IMG/VR virus record: IMGVR_UViG_3300032093_008018
Location: 18,559 to 82,558 of that record
Source of the DNA: a virus
Lineage: Duplodnaviria; Heunggongvirae; Uroviricota; Caudoviricetes
Reading direction: 5' to 3' (one strand)
Length of the DNA stretch: 64,000 bases
The first letter of the stretch is position 1, and the number at the start of each line of letters is the position of its first letter. Below, one piece after another: positions 39,936-49,303 of this stretch. A model generated the notes under the pieces. The model was not told where the DNA came from. It saw only the letters and a program-made list of their open reading frames with translations, and made no database searches. The position numbers and the translations under genes were made by a program.

Positions 39936-40713
39936 AGTCTATGTCTTTATCAAAAACTCTTTCATCAACAATATGATTATACATGATTTCCTTAACTTTG
40001 TCAATACGATGCGCTTTGTTTTTAGCACCCAAGACAATTACAACATAAGTGTTATTGAACTTTTCAACTACCATTGCCACACACCATCCAGCTGGGTTGG
40101 TATACCCTGTTTTAGACACCACTACAGTATCAAATTCAAAAAGTATTGGTGTATTAGTATTATGCAAATGAATAGTTCTAATTTTCTTTTTATATTTGGT
40201 TTCAAATAATGCCTGTTTCTTAATGCTAATTTCTCTAATTTTAGAATATTTTTGAGCCGTTGTCATCATTAAACTAAGATCGTGAATAGAAGATACGTTT
40301 TTTCTACTCAATCCTGTTGGATCATCAAAGTTGGTATTATACATTTTAAGTTGATTGGCTTTGCGATTCATCTGGATTAGAAACTCCTTCCTACCTCCGG
40401 GAAAATTTCTAGCCAATGTTTCTGCAGCGCCATTATCACTTCGTACCAACATAGCAGTTAGTATTTGTTCGAGAGTATACTCTTTACGAGGTAGCATTCC
40501 GGTGCCAGTTTTAATTTTATCAGATAACGATTTATAGTAGTCTAATACAATCATAGCAGTCATAATTTTTGTTATGCTGGCAATTGGTCGTACTTCATCT
40601 AATCTATCGCCCATGACAATTTTATCATTGGTGATATTATAAAGATAAGAGTTGGATTCGGCCCAACTCTTAATAGGGAACAACAGGATTAATAAGATTA
40701 AATTTCTATACAT
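39904..40713 (-). CDS. Secreted D-alanyl-D-alanine carboxypeptidase (PBP-type serine peptidase)
   Basis: Signal peptide. SxxK 'SITK', SxN 'SDN' and KTG 'SKTGYT' motifs are all present. Confidence 0.8.
   Translation of the reverse strand: MYRNLILLILLFPIKSWAESNSYLYNITNDKIVMGDRLDEVRPIASITKIMTAMIVLDYYKSLSDKIKTGTGMLPRKEYTLEQILTAMLVRSDNGAAETLARNFPGGRKEFLIQMNRKANQLKMYNTNFDDPTGLSRKNVSSIHDLSLMMTTAQKYSKIREISIKKQALFETKYKKKIRTIHLHNTNTPILFEFDTVVVSKTGYTNPAGWCVAMVVEKFNNTYVVIVLGAKNKAHRIDKVKEIMYNHIVDERVFDKDIDYDFQIPHPIL
39976..40004 (-). promoter_or_regulatory. Perfect sigma70-consensus promoter TTGACA-N17-TATAAT inside the 3' end of the DD-carboxypeptidase gene, facing gene 39462..39935
   Basis: Minus-strand read: TTGACAAAGTTAAGGAAATCATGTATAAT. 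Confidence 0.45.
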
Positions 40714-41507
40714 AATGAAGGGTTCCAGTTAGTGTCTTCACTCCACCCACTTGCCTGATGATAACCTCTAGGATTACAAACTATCCTAGTTTCTCCAATC
40801 ATATAGTCAAAGCAATGATGTGTATGGCCATGCGTCCACAATTTAATATTAGGATTATCTAACATGATATTAGAGAGATCACTGTGATATGCACCGTTCA
40901 TTATGTAATCATTCTTATATTGTTCATGCACACTTAACCAACTTGGAGAATGATGTCCAACTACTACGCACTGTTTATCTTTGTGTTCTTTAACAACATG
41001 TTTAATATAATCTACTGTTTGACGATGACGTTCGGCAGTGTCGGCAGGTTTAAGATTTCGATATCCAGCCTGATCATTACGAATAGCACGATAATCGTTC
41101 ATCATGTCTCGGACGGCATGCATAGTTAATGGATCGTACTTATTCATGTCTGTCCATAATGTTCCACCAACAAAAACTACATCGTCGATAATTTTAGTAT
41201 CTCTCTCCAACATGTAGATATTATCATGTACACCGCAAGCCATGCGCATTTGTTCAACACTACCTACCCAATGACCATCACTATAAAATTCATGATTGCC
41301 CATTATGTAGATAACATGAGGAAACTGAAAGCTCATTCGTTTTAGAAAGTCACGAAAACGAATACCGTATTCACTTTGAGGTTTTAGAACTTTACTGGCG
41401 ATCATAATGTCACCGCCAAGAATTAAGACATCGATATTATCATCATTCTTAATATCGAAGCAATCTGAAAATTCTAAATGGAGATCTGATACTAATCTAA
41501 TTTTCAT
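40698..41507 (-). CDS. Calcineurin-like metallophosphoesterase
   Basis: 'SDLHLE', 'LGGDIM', 'GNHEF', 'VVGHH' and 'HGHTHH' motifs. Confidence 0.8.
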   Translation of the reverse strand: MKIRLVSDLHLEFSDCFDIKNDDNIDVLILGGDIMIASKVLKPQSEYGIRFRDFLKRMSFQFPHVIYIMGNHEFYSDGHWVGSVEQMRMACGVHDNIYMLERDTKIIDDVVFVGGTLWTDMNKYDPLTMHAVRDMMNDYRAIRNDQAGYRNLKPADTAERHRQTVDYIKHVVKEHKDKQCVVVGHHSPSWLSVHEQYKNDYIMNGAYHSDLSNIMLDNPNIKLWTHGHTHHCFDYMIGETRIVCNPRGYHQASGWSEDTNWNPSLCIEI

Positions 41508-41578
41508 CGTCTATTTACCAACTGAATAATATGTAGATTATAGCAGATAGTTTGGACAAAGTCAATAATAAATAAAGG

Positions 41579-41788
41579 ATGAAAAATTTTGAATACGAGT
41601 GGGTGGTTAATAAAAAAGGAATTCTGTTAGATCCAGAATTTGATTCAGATGGATTAGGCTGGAAGGGCGGAGACTATTTTAAATTAGTCAATGTAAATGG
41701 ACGGCAGTATTTGGTCAAACAAGACGATTTGATTAAATTTTTAAAAGACGGAGAATTATTTGGTCAAAAATCTGTCGACAAACTCTAA
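41579..41788 (+). CDS. Hypothetical small protein
   Basis: 69-aa ORF. The only plus-strand ORF in this stretch. Confidence 0.3.
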   Translation: MKNFEYEWVVNKKGILLDPEFDSDGLGWKGGDYFKLVNVNGRQYLVKQDDLIKFLKDGELFGQKSVDKL

Positions 41789-42457
41789 AAGTAATTTGTG
41801 ATGAGAACCTTTATGCCAGTGACGTGGCATCCAACTATAACTGTTGTACCAATGCCGTTCGCTTTCCAAATGGCAACCAATTAGTGCAATGTTATTTTTA
41901 ATAATAGCCATTGGATCACCATTAGCATACGTTGACACTGTTTCAAACTTTGAACGATCCCCAACAAAAGTACAACCATCATAAAAATACATTTTTTCTG
42001 ATCTATTAAACCATTTAACATCTATGGCTTTAGCATGTGGTCTTTTTGTATCTGTGTTAGGACGTTTGATATATTGTTCTACTCTAATATCTTCTAATAT
42101 ATCAAAGTAATCTTTATCTGCCCAATATGCTCCCATGCAGATACCAAGATACTTTCCGCCACGATTTATAAATTTTTTTATACTTTTAATATGGTTTGGT
42201 AAAAGATAGTCAAAAGCATCACTGTCCCCAAACCCACCGGGAAAGCAGACCATATCAAGATTGTTGAAAAAATCGTCTTCTATCTCATGCTTAGTGAAAA
42301 TTTTAAAAGAATAGTGCGGATACAGTGCTTGCATGATTCCGTTCCCGCTCTGAACGGAACATTTTGGCTGGTGTAAAAATAAACCTATTTTACCATTCAT
42401 TGAACACCTATAAGGAATTGATTCATATTTTATCGCCCGATATCGCTGGCTCGGCAT
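41756..42457 (-). CDS. Class I glutamine amidotransferase-like domain protein
   Basis: 'FPGGFGDSDA' and 'GKYLGICMGAYWA' resemble the GATase1 nucleophile elbow. Confidence 0.35.
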   Translation of the reverse strand: MPSQRYRAIKYESIPYRCSMNGKIGLFLHQPKCSVQSGNGIMQALYPHYSFKIFTKHEIEDDFFNNLDMVCFPGGFGDSDAFDYLLPNHIKSIKKFINRGGKYLGICMGAYWADKDYFDILEDIRVEQYIKRPNTDTKRPHAKAIDVKWFNRSEKMYFYDGCTFVGDRSKFETVSTYANGDPMAIIKNNIALIGCHLESERHWYNSYSWMPRHWHKGSHHKLLLEFVDRFLTK

Positions 42458-42755
42458 CGACTCCTATGGAAACAATACAGTATAAATTTTCATCCCATTG
42501 TTCAACCAATGTCCATGTTTTAGTAGTAGGATTCATATACAGGACTGATTGCAAATAACCCTGACTATTTCCTATAACTCGCATAGAGGAAAACTTTAGT
42601 ACGGGTTGTTCTTGATATTTTGTTAAAACAGGGGTTAATTCCTGTTCAGTAACACATACTAGTTTTGTTGGATAGACTACTTCTGCTTGAGCAAATAACG
42701 GTGAAAAGAAAGCCGCTACTAGCGACAATCTTAGTATATCTAGTAACGGCTTCAT
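42423..42755 (-). CDS. Small secreted protein
   Basis: Signal peptide 'LSLVAAFFSPLFAQA'. Confidence 0.4.
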   Translation of the reverse strand: MKPLLDILRLSLVAAFFSPLFAQAEVVYPTKLVCVTEQELTPVLTKYQEQPVLKFSSMRVIGNSQGYLQSVLYMNPTTKTWTLVEQWDENLYCIVSIGVDAEPAISGDKI

Positions 42756-42777
42756 AATTTAGCTCCTGAATATATAG

Positions 42778-43242
42778 TTATTTATTGGCTAACGGGTTAT
42801 CCATGGCTTTCTGTATCTTAGTGTCTACTTCTTTGCGCAACTGCCTAATATCCTGATCAACTTCTCTCTGTTGTTGTTTAGAACTACGTTCTACTGTCTC
42901 TACGACTTGTTCAAGTTTACGCAAATCCTGCTTTAAATCATTTTTAATATCACGTGTGTAGTCTGTGGTTTTTTGACTGTTTTCTTCAATTACTGACAGA
43001 CGCTTGTCAAACTCGCTTAAATCTGGTGCTACATATTTGGCTATTTTTTCCTTCATATCTATATAGCCCTTATATACTTCAAATGCTCCATAGAGTCCTC
43101 CAATTACAGATGATATAATACCCGCGGCAATCATAAGTTTGGCCGGAGTAAAACTATACCCACCTATGCTTATTACTGTGTCCTTGCTGGTAATCTCCTG
43201 TAATTTATCTACTGCTTTGTTTAGATCTTTATCTTCTGCCAC
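42778..43242 (-). CDS. Single-TM coiled-coil membrane protein (paralog A)
   Basis: 'KDTVISIGGYSFTPAKLMIAAGIISSVIGGLYGAFEVYKGY' followed by a coiled coil. Confidence 0.45.
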   Translation of the reverse strand: MAEDKDLNKAVDKLQEITSKDTVISIGGYSFTPAKLMIAAGIISSVIGGLYGAFEVYKGYIDMKEKIAKYVAPDLSEFDKRLSVIEENSQKTTDYTRDIKNDLKQDLRKLEQVVETVERSSKQQQREVDQDIRQLRKEVDTKIQKAMDNPLANK

Positions 43243-43254
43243 TTGCTCCTCTCC

Positions 43255-43908
43255 TTATTGAGACAATGGATTGTCCAATGCTTTCTTAATTTTGTCATCT
43301 ACTTCTTTTCTTAACGCACGTATTTCAGCTTGCGTTTCTTTTTGATTTCTAGCCATCTCTTGATTATTACGAGCTATTTCTTGATTAATTTCTTTAACAG
43401 TCTGATCGCTATATCTTCTAACTTCTTTAAGAGTACCGTCAACATCTCTCTTTATCTCCTTGACCGTTTGGTCAGTATCTCTTGCAGTTTGTTTAGAACT
43501 ACGTTCAACATTTTCAACTACATTTTCTAGTCTACGGACATCATTCTTTAAATCAATCTTGATGTTGTCAGTGTATTCGACCATCTTGCTGGTGTTGGCA
43601 TCTAACACTTCCATCTTCTTATAGATTTCAGTTAAGTCGGGTGTGACATACTCGGCAATCTTTTTCTTCATGCCCATGTAATCCTTGTACACTTCAAAAC
43701 ATCCATATAACCCACCCAGTGTTGATGAAATCAGCGTAGCTGCTACCATAAGTTTAGCAGGAGTAAATTCATAGCCGCCGATACTGATAACAGTGTCTTT
43801 GCTGGCATATTTTTTCATTGCTGCATCTGCTTCGTCAATTTTTTTGTTTACGTCTACTTTTTCTTCGCTCATTTTATTTTGTTCCTCTAAAAAAACCCCA
43901 AGGGTCAT
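43255..43908 (-). CDS. Single-TM coiled-coil membrane protein (paralog B; likely true start 'MSEEKV' at 43872)
   Basis: 'KDTVISIGGYEFTPAKLMVAATLISSTLGGLYGCFEVYKDY' followed by an extended coiled coil. Confidence 0.45.
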   Translation of the reverse strand: MTLGVFLEEQNKMSEEKVDVNKKIDEADAAMKKYASKDTVISIGGYEFTPAKLMVAATLISSTLGGLYGCFEVYKDYMGMKKKIAEYVTPDLTEIYKKMEVLDANTSKMVEYTDNIKIDLKNDVRRLENVVENVERSSKQTARDTDQTVKEIKRDVDGTLKEVRRYSDQTVKEINQEIARNNQEMARNQKETQAEIRALRKEVDDKIKKALDNPLSQ

Positions 43909-44012
43909 GTAATTTTTTTTCTACCTTTTTAGGTTCTTTATAATACCAAACGGCCACTGACACTAGCACTAACACTTCTAATAGATAAAAAATCATAAAT
44001 GCTTCAAACATT

Positions 44013-45848
44013 TTATTGTCCTGAAATATTATATTGTTGTTCTATCATTCTTTGGTGTAGTGCATCACTACCTCCAGACAAACCTCTTAACAACCTTTGA
44101 TTATCAACAGTTCGCTGTCCTCGATAAATTTCTTTACTTTGATAAAACTGTGCATCTTTTAATTGTGAATTAAGATATTGATTAAAATCCATCGGTGCTT
44201 TTGCTAATGTGGTAGGATCTGGTCCTCCCTCCATACCTTCTACTGCTCCACCTCTTCTTACACTAGGTCCTGCCTTTTGATTAGTATCTGGAACTGTTTG
44301 AATTGGTGTTATCAGTAAATTAATATTATCAGTTGGTCCGGAAGATTTTTGTGCAGTATTATTTTTGCCTTCATCCTTTTTATCTTCAAACTTGTCATCA
44401 TTAAATGATTGAGATCTATTATTTTGTAAAGTTAATCCAGAACCTAATGCTATACTAGTTCCGTCATTAGGACCTATACTAGCTTGACTCATTACTATTG
44501 CTTGTTCTGATGTAGCCAATGCTGTACGTTCTGTAGCTGCCACTGCTGCCATGGCTACAGCAAGAGCTCTAGGATCTACACGTTTTCTGTCAGATTCTCT
44601 ATTGGCGGTTTCTCTATTGGCGGATTCTGTTTTATTTTCTTCTCTTGTCGATTCTTTTATTGCTTCTTTAGTAGAAGCAGTTTGACCAGTGGGTATGCTA
44701 ATTTGACCGCTGGTAGTTAATTCAACTCCGCCCACATCTGTAGTCACAAGTGTTTCAGTTCTAGTAGGATCGGCCAATGATACTGTTGGTGACGATGCTT
44801 GTGCAGTTGAGGTTGAAGATGTAGGGATTGGCGAACTGGTCGTTGTTGCAGTTTCCGTTGATTCGGTTTGTTTATCCTGCAGATCTTTAAGAACTTTTGC
44901 CTGTGCATAACCAGGGCATTGTGTATTATAAAGTGCATTCAACGAACATTGATTATTAAAGAAAGCCTGTGCGTAACCTGGACATCCTGGATCGTATAAT
45001 GCATTTATTGAACACTGCTGTGAATAATAAGCCTGCGCATAACCAGGGCAAGTGGGATCATACAAAGCATTGATTGAACATTGTTGTGTATAATAAGCCT
45101 GTGCGTAACCCGGACATGTACTATCATATAAGGGATTTATTGAACATTGATAATTTTTAAATGCTTCTGCATATCCAGTACAGGATACACTACTAAGAGG
45201 ATTTATCACGCATTGATCAACTGAATATCTTAGACTAAAATTAACATTATTAATTTCTGGACCGTAAGGTCCTGCCCACCCATTATTATCACGACCAACA
45301 AATCCATAAGTAACATTTCCTAATGTACTAGCAGAGTATGGTGTTGTAAAATTTCTTGAAAAATTAAAGTTAGTCCAATTAAATTTGTAGTTTAGATCAT
45401 ATGAATCATACTCTACTACGCTACCATTAGAGTTTTTAAAATGCACATAAGCGTTTAGATAATCTACGCGACCATCGTCCCACCCATTACCATTCTTAGC
45501 CATAAAACTAAAAGTATATCCGTTAACTTGTAATCCAGTACCGGAATTAGGTAACACATTTGCTATGGCCTGGCTCTGATATAAGTCTGTCGTACCAAAT
45601 GAGAAGTTTATACTTCCACCCGGACGAACAATTGCGTTTGGTCCACAATATCCTGGATTGCCCCAACTCCAGCAGGTGAGATTGTCTTGATACACTCCCC
45701 CAACCCAAGGAGTCGTTCCGGAACCAGCAACAGTAGGAAGAACTATGTTGCCGGTGGTATACTCAACGCCAGGTTCTTGAGCGTTAGAATAGTGCGAAAA
45801 GCAGAGCGCCAAGCAAAGCGCCGAAGCCAGTTTTCTTATAGAAATCAT
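44013..45848 (-). CDS. Secreted protein with 5 tandem ~20-aa Cys repeats and a Ser/Thr-rich linker (start at the internal Met preceding the signal peptide)
   Basis: Signal peptide 'MISIRKLASALCLALCFSHYSNAQE'. Repeats 'QCSINALYDPTCPGYAQAYY' x5. Confidence 0.5.
   Translation of the reverse strand: MISIRKLASALCLALCFSHYSNAQEPGVEYTTGNIVLPTVAGSGTTPWVGGVYQDNLTCWSWGNPGYCGPNAIVRPGGSINFSFGTTDLYQSQAIANVLPNSGTGLQVNGYTFSFMAKNGNGWDDGRVDYLNAYVHFKNSNGSVVEYDSYDLNYKFNWTNFNFSRNFTTPYSASTLGNVTYGFVGRDNNGWAGPYGPEINNVNFSLRYSVDQCVINPLSSVSCTGYAEAFKNYQCSINPLYDSTCPGYAQAYYTQQCSINALYDPTCPGYAQAYYSQQCSINALYDPGCPGYAQAFFNNQCSLNALYNTQCPGYAQAKVLKDLQDKQTESTETATTTSSPIPTSSTSTAQASSPTVSLADPTRTETLVTTDVGGVELTTSGQISIPTGQTASTKEAIKESTREENKTESANRETANRESDRKRVDPRALAVAMAAVAATERTALATSEQAIVMSQASIGPNDGTSIALGSGLTLQNNRSQSFNDDKFEDKKDEGKNNTAQKSSGPTDNINLLITPIQTVPDTNQKAGPSVRRGGAVEGMEGGPDPTTLAKAPMDFNQYLNSQLKDAQFYQSKEIYRGQRTVDNQRLLRGLSGGSDALHQRMIEQQYNISGQ
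44898..45215 (-). repeat. Five imperfect 60-bp tandem coding repeats
   Basis: Encodes the C-x-xN(P/A)LYD-x-xCPGYAQA units. The nucleotide periodicity is visible. Confidence 0.6.
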
Positions 45849-46614
45849 CACTCTTTGGTTCCTCAGTTTTTGGCCACTTGTTAGGATTTTCATTCCATGC
45901 TACACGAGCCTGTTCACCAATCACACCTTCATAAGGACAAGGTGTGCCAGCATTCCACATAGCATCAAAAACTCTACGATCCTGACACATTGTAGCTACC
46001 GCAGCAACTTTCATTCCCATATCATAAAGTGTCTTGGCGTTTTTTAATCTTTCGCAATTCATATCTCTTACTGTACCACCACTACTGACACCTAATATTT
46101 GTGTTTGAACAGCACCACTGGTTCCTGTAGTACATAAATCATTATTGCCACCGCTCATCATTGCAGGTGCAATGGCAGTTGGTGGAGGTTGAATTACTTT
46201 TTGTGTAATATTACTGTCATTAATATTACGATTGGTCATATCACCACTGTTGATATTTTGATTTACATTATTGTTTTGATTGGTACTGGTTGCTGTACTG
46301 GTACTAGTGTTTACATTAGTATTATTATTTGTATTAGTGTTAGCACTGGTTGTATGACCGGTATTAATATTGTTGTTGGTATTAACACTCGTACTAGTAC
46401 TGGTATTTTGGTTTACATTGGTATTGACACTATTACTGTTAACTGTACTGGTGTTTATATTATTATTAGTGTTGGTACTGGTGCTGTTAACCGTGCTAGT
46501 ACTTGTTGAGTTATTATTGGTATCTACTAAACTTTTACTATCATACGTTGTTTGCGAAAATGCAGGGGTGGTTAAAGATCCCAGCAATACGCCCGTTATT
46601 ATTATTTTTTTCAT
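45784..46614 (-). CDS. Secreted Asn/Ser/Thr-rich low-complexity protein with Cys-containing C-terminal domain
   Basis: Signal peptide 'LLGSLTTPAFSQ'. ~120 aa of N/S/T repeats. C-terminal hydrophobic tail. Confidence 0.45.
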   Translation of the reverse strand: MKKIIITGVLLGSLTTPAFSQTTYDSKSLVDTNNNSTSTSTVNSTSTNTNNNINTSTVNSNSVNTNVNQNTSTSTSVNTNNNINTGHTTSANTNTNNNTNVNTSTSTATSTNQNNNVNQNINSGDMTNRNINDSNITQKVIQPPPTAIAPAMMSGGNNDLCTTGTSGAVQTQILGVSSGGTVRDMNCERLKNAKTLYDMGMKVAAVATMCQDRRVFDAMWNAGTPCPYEGVIGEQARVAWNENPNKWPKTEEPKSDDFYKKTGFGALLGALLFALF

Positions 46615-46703
46615 TTTTTCTCGCTCCCGGGATATTGGGTTATTATTATTTAAGGAGAAGAGGAGAGATATTAAAACACTAGATTATGGTGTCTTAATTA
46701 AAT

Positions 46704-46922
46704 TTAATTTTTTAATGTAATTGTACGAGGTGTACCAAATAACCTCATAGCCGATGACACTTTACGATCAAATCCGCCACCACTTTTATTGTATTGTGGA
46801 AGAAACCATTGGCCATTACGATCTTGACGCATACCAATATCCCGAGCGGCCTGCGTGTCATCTACTTGAAAGTAGTGAAGTTTGATAAGCTGTGGTTTTG
46901 ATTCTATTTCTGTAAAACGCAT
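46704..46922 (-). CDS. Hypothetical small protein
   Basis: 72-aa ORF. Confidence 0.3.
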   Translation of the reverse strand: MRFTEIESKPQLIKLHYFQVDDTQAARDIGMRQDRNGQWFLPQYNKSGGGFDRKVSSAMRLFGTPRTITLKN

Positions 46923-46929
46923 TGAATAT

Positions 46930-47610
46930 TTAGTTTATTTCTGGAAATAAACAATCTTGAATAAAATGCTTAACATCTTCTTCACTAAGCCCCAAACTAA
47001 CCATAACTCTAGGGGTGTGCGGATTTTGTTTTTGATTCTGTGCGTAATAATTTTGCTCAAACGTTGTATCTGCAACTTTGTGATTTGTTTCGCCTACTGT
47101 TTCTAAATAATGATTTACTAGAATGTTCGCTAGACCGCTAATTTGAGATAATTCTGATTCTTCTTGCACATTGCCAGCGGCCACCATGTGTGAACTGAAT
47201 ATACGTTGCGCCCATTCAGGTAGTTCACGTTTGCGGATCCATTCGTATCTACTGACTTCTTCAGCAAAATATTCGATCATAGGATGCTGTTTATCAGCTG
47301 TTGGGCTGTAGTCTATAAAACAACCTGTGATTTTATTTTTTCCTGCAATTACATCAAATCCAAAAATAGGAGCAGGATTGTGTATGTGAGGAAAGATGCA
47401 GCAATGCATCATCCAAAGGCCCTTTGAGGATCGGGCGTCAACTACGTCGACATGAGCTCTGCGATAATGATCGCTGCACCAAACTCTATTTACCCAACCC
47501 GGTTGATTAAATCTTTCCATTCCGGGCTCAAAAGTTTCAATGCCTGTCTCTGAAAATCTTTTTTCTAACAGTTTTTGTATTTCAATTAGACTGTTCCAGA
47601 CCTGACTCAT
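46930..47610 (-). CDS. Ferredoxin-dependent bilin reductase (PebS/PcyA/PcyX family)
   Basis: 'RRAHVDVVDARS...HCCIFPHIHNPAPIFGFDVIAG...GCFIDYSP' FDBR signature. Confidence 0.75.
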   Translation of the reverse strand: MSQVWNSLIEIQKLLEKRFSETGIETFEPGMERFNQPGWVNRVWCSDHYRRAHVDVVDARSSKGLWMMHCCIFPHIHNPAPIFGFDVIAGKNKITGCFIDYSPTADKQHPMIEYFAEEVSRYEWIRKRELPEWAQRIFSSHMVAAGNVQEESELSQISGLANILVNHYLETVGETNHKVADTTFEQNYYAQNQKQNPHTPRVMVSLGLSEEDVKHFIQDCLFPEIN

Positions 47611-48148
47611 TATACAATTCTCTCATCATTTTAATGGCCCATTCAAACGCAACTCTTGCTTCGTCTCCTAGGTCATCAGTTAGTTCTGCACGTATGGACA
47701 TTTTTAATGCATCTGCATCTTTAAAATCATAAAAACGACCTTTGCTAATATGTGCTACTTGTTTTTTAATTATTTGACCACCATACAGATCTCCCATATG
47801 TCGACAATATAGATGAGCTTTGATTTTAGGACGATGCGCAGGATCACGAACTAAATTTAAGAGATAGTTGTAATAGTCTATAGTTCCAGGTAACCATTTG
47901 TAATTGTGATCAACACCTGCGATCTCAATAAAGTCTTGATAGATTGCGTGTGTTCTTTCTAAACCAGGAAGATTTTTAAAATTGCCTTCTACTCGATTAC
48001 CTAACTCTATAGCATTATAAATTAATACTAACTGATAAAGGTAGTTGGCATAATCTTCTTTAGTAATTTTTCCGCTAAGTAACATCTTAGCAAATTGGGT
48101 TGTTTCTGCTTCGTGATGAAGATCTTTGGTAATTTCTTTTAAACTCAT
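47582..48148 (-). CDS. Heme oxygenase
   Basis: 'LKEITKDLHHEAETTQFAKMLLSGKITKEDYANYLYQ' matches the HO proximal-helix signature. Confidence 0.75.
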   Translation of the reverse strand: MSLKEITKDLHHEAETTQFAKMLLSGKITKEDYANYLYQLVLIYNAIELGNRVEGNFKNLPGLERTHAIYQDFIEIAGVDHNYKWLPGTIDYYNYLLNLVRDPAHRPKIKAHLYCRHMGDLYGGQIIKKQVAHISKGRFYDFKDADALKMSIRAELTDDLGDEARVAFEWAIKMMRELYNESGLEQSN

Positions 48149-48158
48149 AGTTTTTTAT

Positions 48159-48416
48159 TTACTTAGGCCCGTATCTCAGTATCATCATTGTGGCATCTAT
48201 TTCTTTATCTAATTTTATACAAAATGTATGAATTGTTTTTTCATATTGCCAACGCTCACCTACTGGCCCTAGAATTTCTGTAAAGAAGCTTATAAAATTC
48301 TTTCTTCCTTTTTTACCCAAATTATATCTTCTAAGGTCGTGAAAAATTATCCAAAAAGAAAACCGACTAGTTTCAGCGTTCATATATCGTATGAACTTAA
48401 ACTCGTCGGCTGTCAT
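48159..48416 (-). CDS. Small protein, distant member of the 'DATMF-L-W' family
   Basis: C-terminal 'FCIKLDKEIDATMMILRYGPK' resembles 'FENDRDATMFMLRWG'. Confidence 0.35.
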   Translation of the reverse strand: MTADEFKFIRYMNAETSRFSFWIIFHDLRRYNLGKKGRKNFISFFTEILGPVGERWQYEKTIHTFCIKLDKEIDATMMILRYGPK

Positions 48417-48725
48417 TTATTTGTCTTCTTCGATTGTAATTTGTAAAGGATGACCGTGTTGTCTGCAAACGGTTGTTGCATCAATAGACTTTTGTTCTGC
48501 AATTTCGTGTGTGTATAAACCAACAACAGCACTGCCCGTGTTGTGTATTTCTATTGTGATCTGCTCGGCAGATTGTTCACTGTGCCTAAAAATAGTAACC
48601 AAAAGAGCAACAACAAATTCCATGGGAGTATAATCATCGTTTAAGAATACTACCTTCCAATGATTGGGTGGTTGAGTTTCAACTGTCTTTGTTACTTCTT
48701 TGATTTTAGTTTCTACGTCTGCCAT
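48417..48725 (-). CDS. clpS: ATP-dependent Clp protease adaptor ClpS
   Basis: 'WKVVFLNDDYTPMEFVVALLVTIF...GLYTHEIAEQK...HGHPLQITIEE' matches ClpS. Confidence 0.8.
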   Translation of the reverse strand: MADVETKIKEVTKTVETQPPNHWKVVFLNDDYTPMEFVVALLVTIFRHSEQSAEQITIEIHNTGSAVVGLYTHEIAEQKSIDATTVCRQHGHPLQITIEEDK

Positions 48726-48739
48726 ATTTCCTCTGTAGG

Positions 48740-48773
48740 TTAATTAAGGGGAAGTTTCCTTCCCCTTAATTAT
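48740..48773 (-). terminator. Perfect 14-bp stem-loop between hsp20 and clpS (attenuator or stability hairpin; weak U-tract)
   Basis: TTAATTAAGGGGAAG-TTTC-CTTCCCCTTAATTA. Confidence 0.4.
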
Positions 48774-48774
48774 A

Positions 48775-49212
48775 TTACTTAATGTCTACAATGTCAATGA
48801 CTTTCGGTTTCGCAGACTCTGGAACATTACGGACCAACTTAATGGTTAACATACCATTTTTGGTTTCCGCTCCAGTAACTTCAATATGTTCTGCTAGAGG
48901 AAATTCTTTAACAAAATCGCGAGTAGCAAGACCGCGATGAATGTATTGTTCTGGCGCATGATCTGTAGCCATGCTTTCACCTTTAACAATAAGAATTCCG
49001 TCCTCTACAGTAACAGAAATTTCTGTTTTATCAAATCCAGTAACTGCTAATTGAATCTCATACTGATTTTCACCAGTTTTAAGAATGTTGTGAGGTGGAT
49101 AGTTATTAGATACACTATTAGAAAAACGTCTTTCCATTTGATCAAACAGTGTGTCAAATCCAATAAGAGCTCTGTTAAGAGCTGTAATTTGTGCTAACTG
49201 ATTATTATTCAT
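48775..49212 (-). CDS. Small heat-shock protein (Hsp20/alpha-crystallin)
   Basis: Alpha-crystallin domain. C-terminal 'NGMLTIKLVRNVPESAKPKVIDIVDIK' matches the IbpA/B pattern. Confidence 0.85.
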   Translation of the reverse strand: MNNNQLAQITALNRALIGFDTLFDQMERRFSNSVSNNYPPHNILKTGENQYEIQLAVTGFDKTEISVTVEDGILIVKGESMATDHAPEQYIHRGLATRDFVKEFPLAEHIEVTGAETKNGMLTIKLVRNVPESAKPKVIDIVDIK

Positions 49213-49303
49213 ATTAATCTCCTTTTAAAGTAAGAATATGAGCTTTATGCTCAATGTTGCGGCCCATTAGGTACCGCAACATTATACACACATATGTGTA
49301 TTC

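Noticed and set aside
46189-46720. Plus-strand ORFs of 106 and 116 aa rich in Leu/Val/Thr
   Set aside because: They lie antisense to the Asn/Ser/Thr-rich coding repeats of gene 45784..46614 and are compositional artefacts.
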